A stretch of 63,471 nucleotides of DNA, the filler included, from Hausera hauseri (lineage: Eukaryota): assembly GCA_046269625.1 (NCBI GenBank). It is 11 parts of 11 records of this genome, joined end to end, with 100 filler letters (N's around TTAATTAATTAA, not from the genome) between each part and the next. Parts side by side here need not be neighbours in the genome. Positions count along the whole stretch, not along the records: positions 36,152 to 40,875 come from JBJURY010461023.1; positions 40,976 to 47,056 come from JBJURY010144202.1; positions 47,157 to 51,495 come from JBJURY010628441.1; 8 more parts are not named here. One strand, written 5' to 3'. Below are positions 36,152 through 49,222 of this stretch, piece after piece (positions within the stretch are counted from its first letter, which is position 1; each line of letters begins with the position of its first letter). Made by a program: the position numbers and the translations under genes. The notes below the pieces were generated by a model. The model was not told the DNA's origin. It saw only the letters and a list, made by a program, of their open reading frames with translations, and searched no databases.

Positions 36152-39100
36152 TCCCCCCGTGGTAATGCAAAAACTAGAGAGGTAAGAAAGTAGAAAATAT
36201 ATAGAACCGGTGTAGGCTGTCTAAATGGTCTTCATATGAATAAAACGTTGTACTCCTTCAATGTTAATCTCTTTACTGTAGGTACTAAATGTGACAGATT
36301 TTCGATTCTGCACTGTCTTTTGATCTGATTGCAGAAAAGATTGAGGTAAAACAATGTCTGAATTTGTCGTTGAAGGTGTTGTGTCGTTTAGGGACGAAGA
36401 AGGAGCCGGAGGAGTAGATGCAGAAGAAAAGAAAGTTAAGGTTGTCAGGTTGGTAGAAGTGGAGTTTGGAGTAATCTCTAGCAAAGGAGTAGAAGTAGAG
36501 GTAGGCGCGGAAAGGGGTGAGGGTGGTGGAGGAACTGAAAGAAGAAAAGGCGGAGGAGTCAGAAAAGGGATGGAAGATTCAATTTGAGGGGTATCGTCTA
36601 CGAAAAAGGCAGGCATGACGTTGTTGACATATACCGCTAGTTCCTTACCATCTTTAGAAATAATGGCATTGCGAGAGTGCAATTGAACGAGTTTGTAAGA
36701 CTCCAAATACCGTGGTGGAAAACCACACGGTGTCTGGTTTTTCAACCAGACAAACTTTGCAGAATATAAATCGTCGGGTAGGTACGTTTTGTTATTGTGT
36801 ATTATTCTGCAGAATGAATCTTTGATGATTGAGACAAAGTGATTCTGTGCCGTTCGGATAGCTTCATCTCTAGGTGTATCTTCCACGGCAGTTAGCTCAA
36901 ATAATGAACGTACAGATATTCCGAAGAGGGCTTCCGTAGGTGAACAACCTGTAGAAGTAGAATGTGTGTTTCGCCAACCCAGAAGAACCAACGGAAGAAG
37001 AGAAGTCCAACTGCTATTGGATTCAGCGAGGATTCTCAGTGATGTTTTTAGTGTTTGGTGGAATCTTTCTAGATGACCATTCGATTGGTGGTGATACGGT
37101 GTTGTGTAAATGTGGCTGATTCCTAAGCGGTTGATTAGTAATTTAAAGAAGTTGGACTCAAACTGAGTACCTTGGTCCGTAGTAATGAACCTAGGGGATC
37201 TAAATCTGCTGGTCCAAGTGAGTATGAAAACGTCGGCTATTGTGTTTGTGTTAGTGCTCTGTAGGGGAACAGCTTCTGGCCAACGTGAGGAACGATCCAT
37301 CATAGGCAAAATTAACTGATGACCGTTGTCAGGAGGGAGAGGATCAGCGCGATCAACATGAACAGACTCGAAACGTGATGTGTAAGGGAAATGATATAGT
37401 GGTGGGTTCAAATTTTTGGTGATTTTAAATTTCTGACAAGTCACGTACTCCTTATCCCACGCTTGCACATCAGAATGCATTGACGGCCAAATTACCTGTC
37501 GGTAGAGTAAACGAAAAGTGGTCTTAGCGCCAGGGTGGTGTAGCGAATGTACACTGTTAAACGCTTGCCGTTGTAAAGGTGGTGCGAGAATTATTATAAA
37601 ATGACCTGGTTTGGAAGTGTCTGTTGGAGTTGTACCTTAGTGAAGATTGGTGAAAAATTAATCGAACCAACTGTCCTAAATAAGAAATCGGCAACCAAAT
37701 TATTAATCCCGTTAATATGTTTTATGTCGAAGTTAAATGTCGGCAGATATGATATCTGTCGTTCTTGGCGTGAGGAAGGATGTTTTATAGCCATGATGTT
37801 TAGCAAGGGTTTGTGATCGGTCTGTATGGTAAAACGGCTTGGGACAAGTAGGTGGGAGAAATGCTTTAAAGCGAGTACGATGGTCAATAATTCTTGATCG
37901 AACGTTGAATATTTAGTTTCAGGGGATGTTAGCTTACGAGAGAAAAATTCTAGCGGCTAATTGCCTCCTTTGTGTCTTTGATGAAGCACAGTACCTACCG
38001 CGGTGGTTAAAGCGTCTGTAGTAAGGATGAGTTTCGCATCAGGCCTGGGGAAAGCGAGAATGTCTACGGTTTTAATTCCTTCGCGTAGCTTATCAAACTT
38101 GTCAACCAGGTCAGGTGTCCACTGGATTGGCTAATGTTTTTTGCCGCCGCTTAAGTGAGCAAATGATGCGATAATTTCATAGCAGTACGGCACATACTTG
38201 TGAACGAAGTGCAAAGTTCCCAAAAAGCTCCTCATTTCCGTTGCTGTTTGAGGTGGTTGAATACTTTTTAGAGCTTCAACACGTTCTGACTGAGGAGAAT
38301 GACCATTTGCTTAAATTATATGTCCGAGAAAGTTAACACGCTTTTGGAAGAAGTGACATTTCGTAAAATTAATTTGTAAATTATGGTGGTTAAGTTGTTG
38401 AAAAATAGAACGAAGGTGTTCCTCATGTTGTTTGGTTGAAGACGAAGCAATCAAAATATCGTCGATGTATGGATGCATGAAAGTGAAATCCAAGAGGATG
38501 GAATCGATGTAACGTTGGAAAGTCTGCGCAACGTTGCATAAACCAAAAGGCATATAAATGTATTCGTACAGGACGAAAGGTGTCGTAACGGCAGTTTTCT
38601 CGATGTCCTCGGGTGCTACGGGAATTTGATGATATGCCTTGGCTAAGTCTATGGTTGAATATACTCTAGTGGAATTGAGCCGGTGCAGGATATCGTTAAT
38701 TAATGGTGAAGGATATGCATCCATAACAGTTAAAGTGTTTAGCTGACGGTAATCACCGCATGGTCGGAAGGATCCATTTTTTTGGACAACGTGTAAAGGC
38801 GAAGACCACGGCGATTTAGATGTGTGTACAGTGCTGGAGCATTCAAGGTCTAGAAATTCCGCTTCGACAGCTTGTCTACAACGAGGTGACAATGGAAGTA
38901 CCTTATGACAAAGAGATCTTTGGTGGTGCGTTATGATGTGATGAAAAGTTCTGTTTGTAGGTGTGAAGGTTCAGTCCTTCTGGATTAAGCGGGAGCATGA
39001 AGTGTGTATGTATTTCCGTAGACTTACAGGCAATTGCGAGGTATTGGGTGATGGTGATGGTGTTGAGTCAATATGTGCAGTGATGAGTGATGTTTGCGAG

Positions 39101-40875
39101 TTATTGAAATCAAGGGGAATTTGGTGTAGGATACTAGTATTAAAAATAGTGTTTGAAGAGGTAATTTTGTCTGGTGAATGTACTGAACCAACACAATCGT
39201 AGTTGTCAAAACCAAATCTCGACTGAATATCGACATTATCATTAAAAAATATACATAATAAAAAATGCTTGTTAAAGAAGTTTCGATTACTTACAGGATT
39301 TTTGAGTATAGGCTTCCGCGGAAGATTTTTGCGCCTTAGCGGATATACTATTTCTTTGCTCGGTAAGATATCCAGTAGTGTTACGTTTCAGACATTGTTG
39401 CTTGCAATCAGCTAAAAGATTATAGTGCGATAAGAGATCCAAAATAGGACTGCCGTGCGGACATTAGCGATGGTAAGCGTCTAATGAAACGTGGACTAAA
39501 ATTTTGATAAGGTGGACGACAATTTAGATGTATCTGAAATGTCAAGAGGTTGTCCTGAAGCCGTAAATAACGATTTAGCTTTGAATGGTGAATTTTGTAC
39601 AGGGAAAGTGAGTGGTAGCCAAGAAACCGCAGCGCCTGTGTCGATAAGAATGTCTATGGATTGAGTTGTTGGTGTGGTTATCGAAGCCTTTAGAGTAAAG
39701 ACTGCAAAAAAGTGTGTCGGCAGGTAGTATTAGAGAAGTTGCCTTTGCCAGACTCTGCCGTGAATACTGGCGGCGAAATTAACTTTTTTGGATTGATGAG
39801 ATCGGCCGATTATTACTAATGGAAATAGAACGTCTGTCGGTAGTATAGTCAGCGTTGTTCTTATAGTTGCAGCCTGAAAGACATTTCTGAGCGTGGAATC
39901 CAAATTTCGCATGGTAGGTGCAAAGGATCTTGTCTGAATGTAAATTTGGAGTGTAATATCTACACCCTAAACAGCATTTATTAGCTTTATTATGAAATTT
40001 GCTATGATAATAGCACACAAAAGATTATGTAGGCGATGGTGACCTGTTTCTGGAAACAGAACGAGTATGATTATGAATAGGAGCACTTTGTCGTGGTAAC
40101 GAAAGCTCGTTCAACCTATTATTAATGTTATTTATTGTCTGTTGTAGTGCTAAATTTTTAGCGCGTAATTGGTTCAACTGTTGCTCTATTGTTGTATTGA
40201 GTTGATTGTCGCTTATTGTGATCGCTGCTGATACAATTAGTTGAGAATTCGATTTTAGCACTTCATGTGCTTTGTCAGCCAATTCCACCAATTTATCCAA
40301 CGCCGTAAATTCCTCGACAACGGTAAGAAGTGCCCTAATTTGTATAGACAACGCGTTTAAGAAATGTCGTCGAAGAAGGTCTAAATTATGCTGCCTAGTT
40401 ACACCTAGCGTTTGTAGGTGAGTCAATGACGTACGCAGGAACTCAGAAGGCTTTTGTGTTCCCATGGCATTATCATTAAAGAATCTATGGATTATGGAAT
40501 CTATAGACGGTTCAGTAAGTTTTAAGACTGCGTTATAGAGATGTGTGTACGGGTTTGATTTTTGAAACATGTCTAAAATGTTATGAAGAAAAGACTTAAC
40601 TGTGTTTGGTAAGAGACAAAGCAAACAATGAGCTTTTGCTAGGGATCAGTAATGTTATTAGACTGCAGCCAAAGTTTGTGAAAGCTGAACCACGTTGTGC
40701 TGAATTTTTCCTAATCGATAAAATACTCCGTACATTGACAAGAAGTGTGTTTGGCTGACGGGGTGGAAGATGTATAGCTAGTGAAAGTAGATTGCGTTGT
40801 GACGGTCGACGATTTTTGGTCAAAAGCAAAATGTGATGTTTTAGAGGTAGTTTTGTTAGTGGTGTCAACGGTGGG
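36152..40875 (-). mobile_element. Ty3/Gypsy LTR retrotransposon (CsRN1 clade), near-complete gag-pol, degenerate; relative of the C6 element
   Basis: Gag (MGTQKPSEFL..FLNALS..LVELADK) with CHCC motifs. PR LIDTGAAVS (~39630-39655). RT FRPCGDYRQLN, YIDDILI. RNase H. IN ORF 36221-37480. PPT GGGGGGA (minus strand) at 36152-36158. Confidence 0.95.
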
Positions 40876-41400
40876 NNNNNNNNNNNNNNNNNNNNNNNNN
40901 NNNNNNNNNNNNNNNNNNNTTAATTAATTAANNNNNNNNNNNNNNNNNNNNNNNNNNNNNNNNNNNNNNNNNNNNGTGATTACAGTTACATATTTGATGC
41001 AGTTAAGTTGTTTTTTTTGCACAGATTAGTAAGCATCTGAGAGTACAGTGGAACATTAAGTCAAAATGTCTGTATGTTAAATCTATTTTTAATTCCTTAA
41101 ATGCTCATTTTAATTATAAATAAAAAAAATATTTTACCTTCAATCTTGAATTATAGAACAGACATTATTATAATAAACATATTAAACTACAATACAAAGT
41201 ATTCCTGTACATCACAACAAATTTCAATCAAAAAATTTACTACTGACTATTTTATCAGTAGTAATAATGTCAATTTGACAAATTCTATTCTACCGTTAAT
41301 CATTTCAATTAGATTTAACATTTATCTACCATAAATCGATTATTTATCATAATTATTTATCCTACTAAAGCACAATATGTCATAACGCAAATTATATTAC

Positions 41401-43514
41401 CTGATAAAGTGCTTCGAGACACAATGTGAAAGCTCCATGACCGAATCTAGTAGATAACAAAATTAAAAAGTTTATATTTCATAGAAATGCACTTTACTAT
41501 TTATCGAGTGTGTCTTATGAAAATTAGCTATAATAAATGTTACGTAATTTCAAGTCACATTATACATTAACTAGTTATTATCACTGTAATAATAATTTTC
41601 AGCGACAAAATATCACCTTGGCATTGATGCATCTGCCATAAACACCAAATCCATATTGCACGCTAAAATCGGGAGATGTTTTTCGGGAAACGTTTCTGGA
41701 CAATGATCGGGATTTCCGTGAGTAACTAACAAGTCGATGAGGAGTTGTAAGTATGATTCCCAATTAACTGGTTCACCCAGTAGAATAATTGCTATGGATT
41801 TCAGATTTTATACGTCCTTTGTTTATTTTATTTACCTTCAATTGGATCCATCTTTTTCTCTTGATATCCTTCGGCAATCTTTTTTCTGTTACAATGATCA
41901 ACGACGTCCAATAATGGATATGCATCTTTTACTTCATCAAGTGTTACAACGTTTTTGAATCCTAACCTAGTAAAGAAGAAAATTCTCATAAAATCTTATT
42001 TCTATTTTCTAATTAAAAATGATTTTACGACCCAGCTACAAAAAAAAACAGAATTACAGAAGGAGTATTTAGATTGAAATGACTTTTGTTATTGATTTAT
42101 TTGATTAATCAGAAATTTGAATATTCTGGTATTGTAAATGAAAATTGACTGACGAGAAATGCTGTTTAAAATTTCAATAATGGTTACAGTTGTGTTGGTA
42201 TTGCCAAATGATTCAATAGTCTCACAAATTTGGAGCCTCAGATAAATTTAGGATTGTTTGATTAAAATTGAAATTTGGTAAACACGTTATGGAAAGTAAT
42301 CAAGAATTATTGTTTTCTTTTAAAATTTACAACTGTTTGAAATATCGTTAAACGTAAGGCAATATATGTGTGTTTCATATGCTGCTCCATTTACAATTCA
42401 TGTAGCGGCAGGATAGAAGATATTCATTACAAATTCACGCTGTACTGGTTCTGTAATGTTTCAAGAACATCCATTGAAATACCAGGTTGAAATCATCAGT
42501 TTCTTTTAGAGTAATCTTTCACAGTTAGCGTATTTAACAGTTGTATTTGAGATTTTTATATATGGATTATAATTTTACAAATATTTATAAAAATTCTCAA
42601 ATGTGTATTCTCAGGGTTTACTCGAAACAGACTCCATTTTTATCTGGGAATCCTAGAAAAGTAATGTTTAAATGTTACACATGAGCTATACATGTTATAC
42701 TCATAATTTTTAAATAGTTATCGTGAGCAAAACCAGAAAATAAATTTGAACATTGTGGACGTGATTGTTAATGAAAATATGTGAAGTAAAATATAAGAAA
42801 AATACACTCACTCATGAGCAATTTCGACAACATCAGCCTGTCCAACAAACAATATACGTTTATCGTGCCAATGAGTAAAGACCTTCAATGGACTTTGTGA
42901 TTGAATGAGCTGGTCTGTATTAATCTGTACATCAATAATATATTGGTGAAATAATCAAAATACAATCAAAATTACTTTAATATTAAACCACTTTTTAATT
43001 TCGTTTGTCTTTGCTTCAGTTAAACGACATGAATTCGTTAAAAAGACAACTGGGACCATTAGTTCACCGTTGTCATCTTTCAGTTTGTCGAACATTTTGC
43101 ATGCAGGTTCAAGTGGAGTTTGTCCTCTGGCAAGTACGCCGTCAATGTCAAATAAGAGTCCAAAATCGGGCTAAATGGACAATATCGTATAAAACTATAA
43201 ATTATGCACTGAATAAAATTTTATTTATGAATTAGAATTTGTTGATGTATACGTTAATATGGATTTCATTTAGATTATTGAGTAGCTTATTAATAACTAG
43301 ACAGATAACGTAAATGAAATATAAAATATTATGCTCTATTTGCCCTCCTTATACATCAAACAATACATTTGCTGTAGATATAAATTACAAATTTTAAAAT
43401 TAAAATTGATTACATTAAAAATGGATTCTAAAATATCAGTTTGAATATTCATAAATAAATAAATACATTGGGGGAAAATATAACATAACTTACAGATTTC
43501 TTTTCTACATCCAT
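41401..43514 (-). CDS. HDHD5: HAD-superfamily hydrolase HDHD5/CECR5, 3'-incomplete (exons 43514-43494, 43170-42976, 42924-42812, 41966-41836, 41791-41617, 41446-41401)
   Basis: GT-AG splicing with consistent phases gives MDVEKKS|PDFGLLFDIDGVLARG..MVPVVFLTNS..|INTDQLIQSQSPLK..|LGFKNVVTLDEVKDAYPLLDVVD..IE|AIILLGEPVNWESYLQLLIDLL..HLPILACNMDLVFMADASMPR|FGHGAFTLCLEALYQ. This has HAD motif I DxDGV and CECR5 signature motifs. Confidence 0.93.
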
Positions 43515-44448
43515 TGTGTGATCGTTGGAACTTGAAATGATAAATAGATAGAACAACTTAATCCGCAAAGAAAATAACAGTACGCGAATATTGAACAAGT
43601 CATTTTTATCGACTATTTAAATACCAAAATAATTTGTATGCAACAACAATTAAGTTATTGAGAAACTGAAATACACACACATACAGTCTGTGTAAAAAGA
43701 ACGAAATTAAAGCAGGAACAATGTACAAAACTATGAGAAAGACCGCGATTCAATAAGCCAGTTTGAAATCATTATTGAAAAATCTAAAATGAGACATTCC
43801 TGTTTAAATTTAAAATTGGTAAAGTTCAAATGAGTGCAGCTGTTTGACAACGGAGTTGGACGATTCTGTTTTTGTTTAACATTCACTTAGTTCGAATGAT
43901 ATCGAGTGAATTGAAGATGGCGATGATTTTTGTTGCACAAAACTGTTGTTATGACGTGTCTAAATCAGAATGAAATGATCGACTCAAAAATAATTTATAA
44001 CCTACTTAGTTCGATGCATTCAAAATTAGATGATCTGATCACGAGAGTTTTTTGTTATTTGAAAATAATAGTTGGTCGTATAAATATACATGATCTGAAA
44101 ATTAAGTTCGCAGACTGATTTCCATCTGTTTACGTTGAAAAAATCCACGAACTTAATTACCGGACCATGTAAATAACCTAAATCTCATGTTTGATCGTTA
44201 AATATTGAAATTTTATATAATTTCGGGTGGTTACAAAACAATTGTGGAAAAGTAAAAAAGTAATTATTGAAAGTTCGTATTTGATCAACTGTTTTCATAA
44301 ACATTAGACCACATAAAGTTTGATGTTACAAACGTCTGGTCCAAAATAGATTGAAGCTGGATTGGAATATGTTTGTATCATGGAGTATTGTGCATCTTTA
44401 GAATTTATAACGAATCCAAGTAAACATTCATAATTACAGACCTTAGAG

Positions 44449-45550
44449 GACTAATAAGTGCCCATGAAATAGAGATAATAGAATGGCAAACGTTTTATGA
44501 TAACAAACAAAGGTTTTTAACGTATGCTTGGCATGGTTGGAATCTTCATAATTTGTTTGTTTACATACTGAGTGGAACTTGTAAAAATTTATAAAATCAA
44601 AAAAGTGAAGCACGCGGGGAAAGAAAGTTTGTCAAAAAGGGTGATTTCCTACTACGAAACTGTAGCCCAAAGTAATAAGTTTGAATCTGTGTTACATTTC
44701 GCTGCTGAAGGTATACCAAAACCAACCATGTGCAAAATAATCAGCAGATTTCAAAGTACTTGTGAGCAGAATTACAAATAGATTCCTGGACGTCATCCTA
44801 TTAAATCGACTCCCACTGTATGTGCGAATGTCACAAATCTATAAAAATTCCATCTGCAAAGTTCTGGACGTACACCCCCTGGGAACCTGAAGACGTCCCT
44901 CGCTGCACAAATCCTGTGGAAGTGAGATATGAAGAAGGCAAAGTTCTTCAAAAAACATGGTTTGACAAGCGATTGACAAAAACGGTAACGTCTCGGATCC
45001 TTTCGTTTCACAGGGCACAATCAACGCTAAAATATACCTGGAAGAGTGCCCGAATAAGCGATTACTGTCCTTTATAAATAAGTTCCACAATCGTGACGAA
45101 ATTTTGTATCGGTCAGACCTTGCAACCTCTCATTACACCAAAGATGTCATCAAGTTCCTGTAAGGTGAAAACATCAATTATGTACATAAATCTGAAAATG
45201 CCCCTAACGTTACCCAAGCAACGGAATCGAAAGGTTTTGGGCTCTATGCAAAAGCGCATATTCAAAGCGACAAGATAAACCTAAATCACTAAGGGACTTC
45301 ACCAAAATATTTAGAAATATCAACCGACGAATTGCAAAAAAACTCAGGAATCGCGATTATGAGACATTGTCGCAAGAACCTAATCAAAATGGGATATAGA
45401 GGAATTGCACAGGCTCAAGTGACATCATTTTGAAAGCTAATGAAATGAGTTACAAATATAGTTTAGTTCGTGAAATAAAATTGTTCTTGTTAAAAATTAA
45501 CACTTTGTTACTTCTCATTATCTCAATTTCGTGACCACCTCTTATTCGTA
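44449..45550 (+). mobile_element. Tc1/mariner DD37E-type transposon, degenerate and internally deleted, with both TIRs
   Basis: gactaataagtgcccatgaaatagagataat (44449) is an imperfect inverted copy of attatctcaatttcgtgaccacctcttattcgta (~45517-45550). Remnant SDLATSHYTKDVI..YVHKSENAPNV..FWALCK resembles the DD37E motifs WPDLASCHY and NPPN..IE.YWA. Confidence 0.7.
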
Positions 45551-45554
45551 AAGT

Positions 45555-45997
45555 GGCTTCTAATACTTACGGCACAATTATGAAAGAAGTGAGAGACGCA
45601 AATAACATGCAACAAGTTACGATAGTGTCTTCATTATTGTACCATCGCTTGTCACATATCCGGTAGCAACACTAAGGAACAACACAAAATCTTCTCTCTT
45701 TGCATCCATTTGTATTAACTTATCATCCACACATGAAATGACAAATTTTTGATTCAGATTTCCTTTGCAAATTTTGAAATCAATAAGATACTTATCTTCC
45801 AGTTCAATATTGGAACCAATTAGTAAAATAAAATATTTTGTTCCATTAATTTCATTTTCATCTATTACCAGAAAGAACTGGTTACCTTTCAGTAACTGTC
45901 TCACTATCGTCATGTCTTCATCTGCTAGAAGCATCCACTCTGGAATGAAGTGTAAATTTGGAAAGCAGTTTGCAATCCGCATATTAAAATAGATCAC
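45555..45997 (-). pseudogene. hAT-related (CGGBP1/DUF659-like) transposase fragment
   Basis: FFLVIDE..KYFILLIG..FVLFLSVATGYV...IMK followed by CVSHFFHNCA (cf. LSDAA.YM..AG..LK and C.AH..HNCA). Confidence 0.65.
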
Positions 45998-47968
45998 ATA
46001 CAGAAATTTATTTGGCCGTTCAATACTGAATTTAAGAATTTATTTAGATATAACCAATAAATCATATAATCAATGATAAATTACAGTAATTTCACTAAAG
46101 TCTGCATTTGAATTTAGTTTGCCTTATTTTTCCAGTCCTTACTAAACGTATTGTACAATTAGTACATTAAAATACTTACGGAACATCTGATTGCTTTTAT
46201 TAAACGTGTCCTGTGTGAAATTTTGAAGATAAAACAAAAAAATGTAAAATTATTTAACAGTAAATTATACGAAAAATTTAATTTTTGAGTTAAAAATCAC
46301 CAATTTACATTAATGATTTACCTTAAAAGCACATGGTACATACCAAAGCAAATTCACTTTTCAAATTGACTATTTAAAGGTATTTTTCAGTACTATTTCC
46401 ACGGCTGTTGTCACATTGCACCTGTACATGTTTTGTTTATTTTTCTCTAAAAACTATTGTGCAGTAGAAAATCGAGGGATGGAGGGAGTGACGAACTGAA
46501 CTAAGTGACTGCTTGGTATTCCGTGGGTCTAGCCTGGACAACACAGTCTAAGATAATTGACAGAGAAACATTACCAATCATTGGAAAGCTGAGTCACTTT
46601 TATTAGACGGCCAGACAGTGCAGCCCAGGTTCTTCCACTGCATTCCAAATATCTGATTTAGCCGAAGGAGATTCTTGATACCCAAAAGCAATTTATTTAG
46701 TGGACAATACTTAGGAGTGTTCCCATGGAAGACTGTGGCACTTTTTGATCACACTGCACCTAACAGAAGATGACAAACAATTAGTGAAGTGTGTGAATGC
46801 TGTGTGGGGAGAATCCAGCACTGACTGGTGTTGATTTGTTACTGACTCAACAGTAGTGGTAGCTCAGTGATTGGGGTTCTGTGCCCGGTTGCATAAAGAT
46901 GTCTAAACTTTTTCCTTTAAGTGTAAAACTGAAGGAAATTCCTTTGACTCATGGGAAATCTTTCCTTAATATGTTGCATAAAATGCCTCGAGACGAATCA
47001 CTTAACTAAAAGAAAACGGTGAAGGATTTACTGCAGCCACTGAAGTTTAACGGCAGNNNNNNNNNNNNNNNNNNNNNNNNNNNNNNNNNNNNNNNNNNNN
47101 TTAATTAATTAANNNNNNNNNNNNNNNNNNNNNNNNNNNNNNNNNNNNNNNNNNNNAACTTGGATTCATGAGTAAGGATCAAGATCAAACAACACTAACG
47201 GAGATATGTAGTATGATAGAAGAAAAGAAATTCTACAAAAAAGAAACAAGTTAAGCGATCTTCAGCGAAGTTTAGCGAACATCCGTAGGGAAGGGATACA
47301 GAACCTAATGCAGAAACCGTTGAAGGAAATTTCAGCAGAAGAAATAGAAACATTAGAATTATGTAATGATCACCGGATTGCTTTGGCACCAACATTACAA
47401 TATTTACAGAATCCTGCAGAATGGACACCAGGCTTTGACCCACATTGCCATACCGAACTAACGGAAATNNNNNNNNNNTTGATGAGCGATGAAGCCAAAT
47501 TCATAAGCAGACTAATGGATACAATAGATCCGGACGCCAAAGTAATAAATCAAATGCACAAATTAATTTTATTATTAACAGAAATGACAGAAATGGACGA
47601 AGTAGCAGCGAAACGGGTAATAAATCGAATACGTCTGATAAAAGAAACCCGGTTACGCTCAGAGAAAAGACAACGCGAACTAAACGAATTACTGAGGGAA
47701 ACAGAAGTTTATAAGAACAAGTATTCTCTTACGGAATCCGAAATGAATAATAAAACGTAATTTATACAAAGATGGCAGAGACAGAATCGCAGAATTTACT
47801 AGCTTTCAAGAAAAAGCCCTGATACTGCCAGAAGAAATGTGCCGACTAATAAAATTGATACAACAAGCTTGCGGAAACGGAGATGGATTTAGGACATCCA
47901 TTATGAAAATCTTGCAACCGCAGATAAGAGAATTATGCGAAAGAGTCTAGGTTGGCCAAGCGGCATTA

Positions 47969-49222
47969 ATGAATTACGAATTACCTGACGCAGATAATGA
48001 TGCTGAGTGGGACGAATACCTTCAAGGTTTAAACGAGCAGAGCCAAAGAACTCCAATACAAATCTACAAGTCATCTATTGGTAATCAGAAAACAAAATTT
48101 GACGTACAAATGCTACTTGATCCCACAATAGCCGAAAGGGAATTGAGCAATGTGTTGAAAATAAACATAAGTGAAGATAGATTAAGGAAATTGGTTCCCA
48201 CCTTGACCAAGTTGTCCAGTGAAAACACTGCATACAGCGCAGTACCCAAATTGCTAATAAAAGAAAACGCCAAACTGTTGAAAAACAAACCAGACACTGG
48301 GATTAAAGTAAAGGTATCATCTGATGGAATGGACAATGAAGAATGTAAATGCACTACCTTCACCACCGTTGCGGATATAAAACAACGAATAATGGATAAG
48401 GAGGGTAAAGAAGGGGTCAATTACCGACTCTATTTTCGGGGTAGGATATTAGACAAGCTAAAATCCTTAGTAGATGTAGGGATTATATCCATAGAAGAAA
48501 GTCGAATAGTAGCAATAATCATCAGTGAGCAAACCAAAGATGAAGCCATGAGAAAAGCACAAACAGAGCGTTGTGTGAGAAAAATTATGGGGATACAGAA
48601 CGCTGCAATGTATTTCGAATACCAACAGACTGATAACGACAACCCGCAATACGATAAAAATTTAGTTCCTCTAAGTGAAACATTACCACCGATGAAACCT
48701 AAACGACCGGTCGGAAGACCGAGAAAAATAAAAGAAATTGATTATAATACATACCTAATTAGGGAATTGAAACAACTATCAGTACCAACCCCGAGTTTAT
48801 ATAACGAAGAACTAATTAAGCTAATGAGAGACTTAATTCGGATAGTTAATTATACTGGACTCCAAGATGACGTATTATCCGAGAAGGAAAAATTAATATA
48901 TAATATAGCCCGGGATGGCATGGAGTTAGAAGTCCAAGAAGGAAAAATCATTAGGGCCTACAAAGAGGCAGTCGGAAAACTAAATATGCACACAGATTAT
49001 TGTGTTGGAGGAGAATATGACACTGGAAAGGGAAAAAAAGGAGGAATAGTAGTCGTAGATTTTTACGAAACCGAGTTAAGATCCATGAAAGCAATGTTTC
49101 ATAGTGTTACCAAATTATTCACCGAGAATCCGAAGTGTCACATTTATGATGGCGCTTACCCGTTCCGGTATGGAGTCCACCTTCTAAGAGAGATTGCAAT
49201 TTCATCAAAATCAAAGAGTTAA
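47969..49222 (+). CDS. 417-aa ORF with ubiquitin-like domain (48302-48523), AT-hook (48701-48727) and the start of the glycoprotein region (from ~48965)
   Basis: [40 protein letters not shown] aligns to ubiquitin [49 protein letters not shown] is an AT-hook. [17 protein letters not shown]...IVVV follows. Confidence 0.8.
   Translation: [417 protein letters not shown]

Noticed and set aside
31436-40875. C6 and C7 as a giant inverted repeat
   Set aside because: They are two diverged family members on separate contigs with arbitrary orientation.
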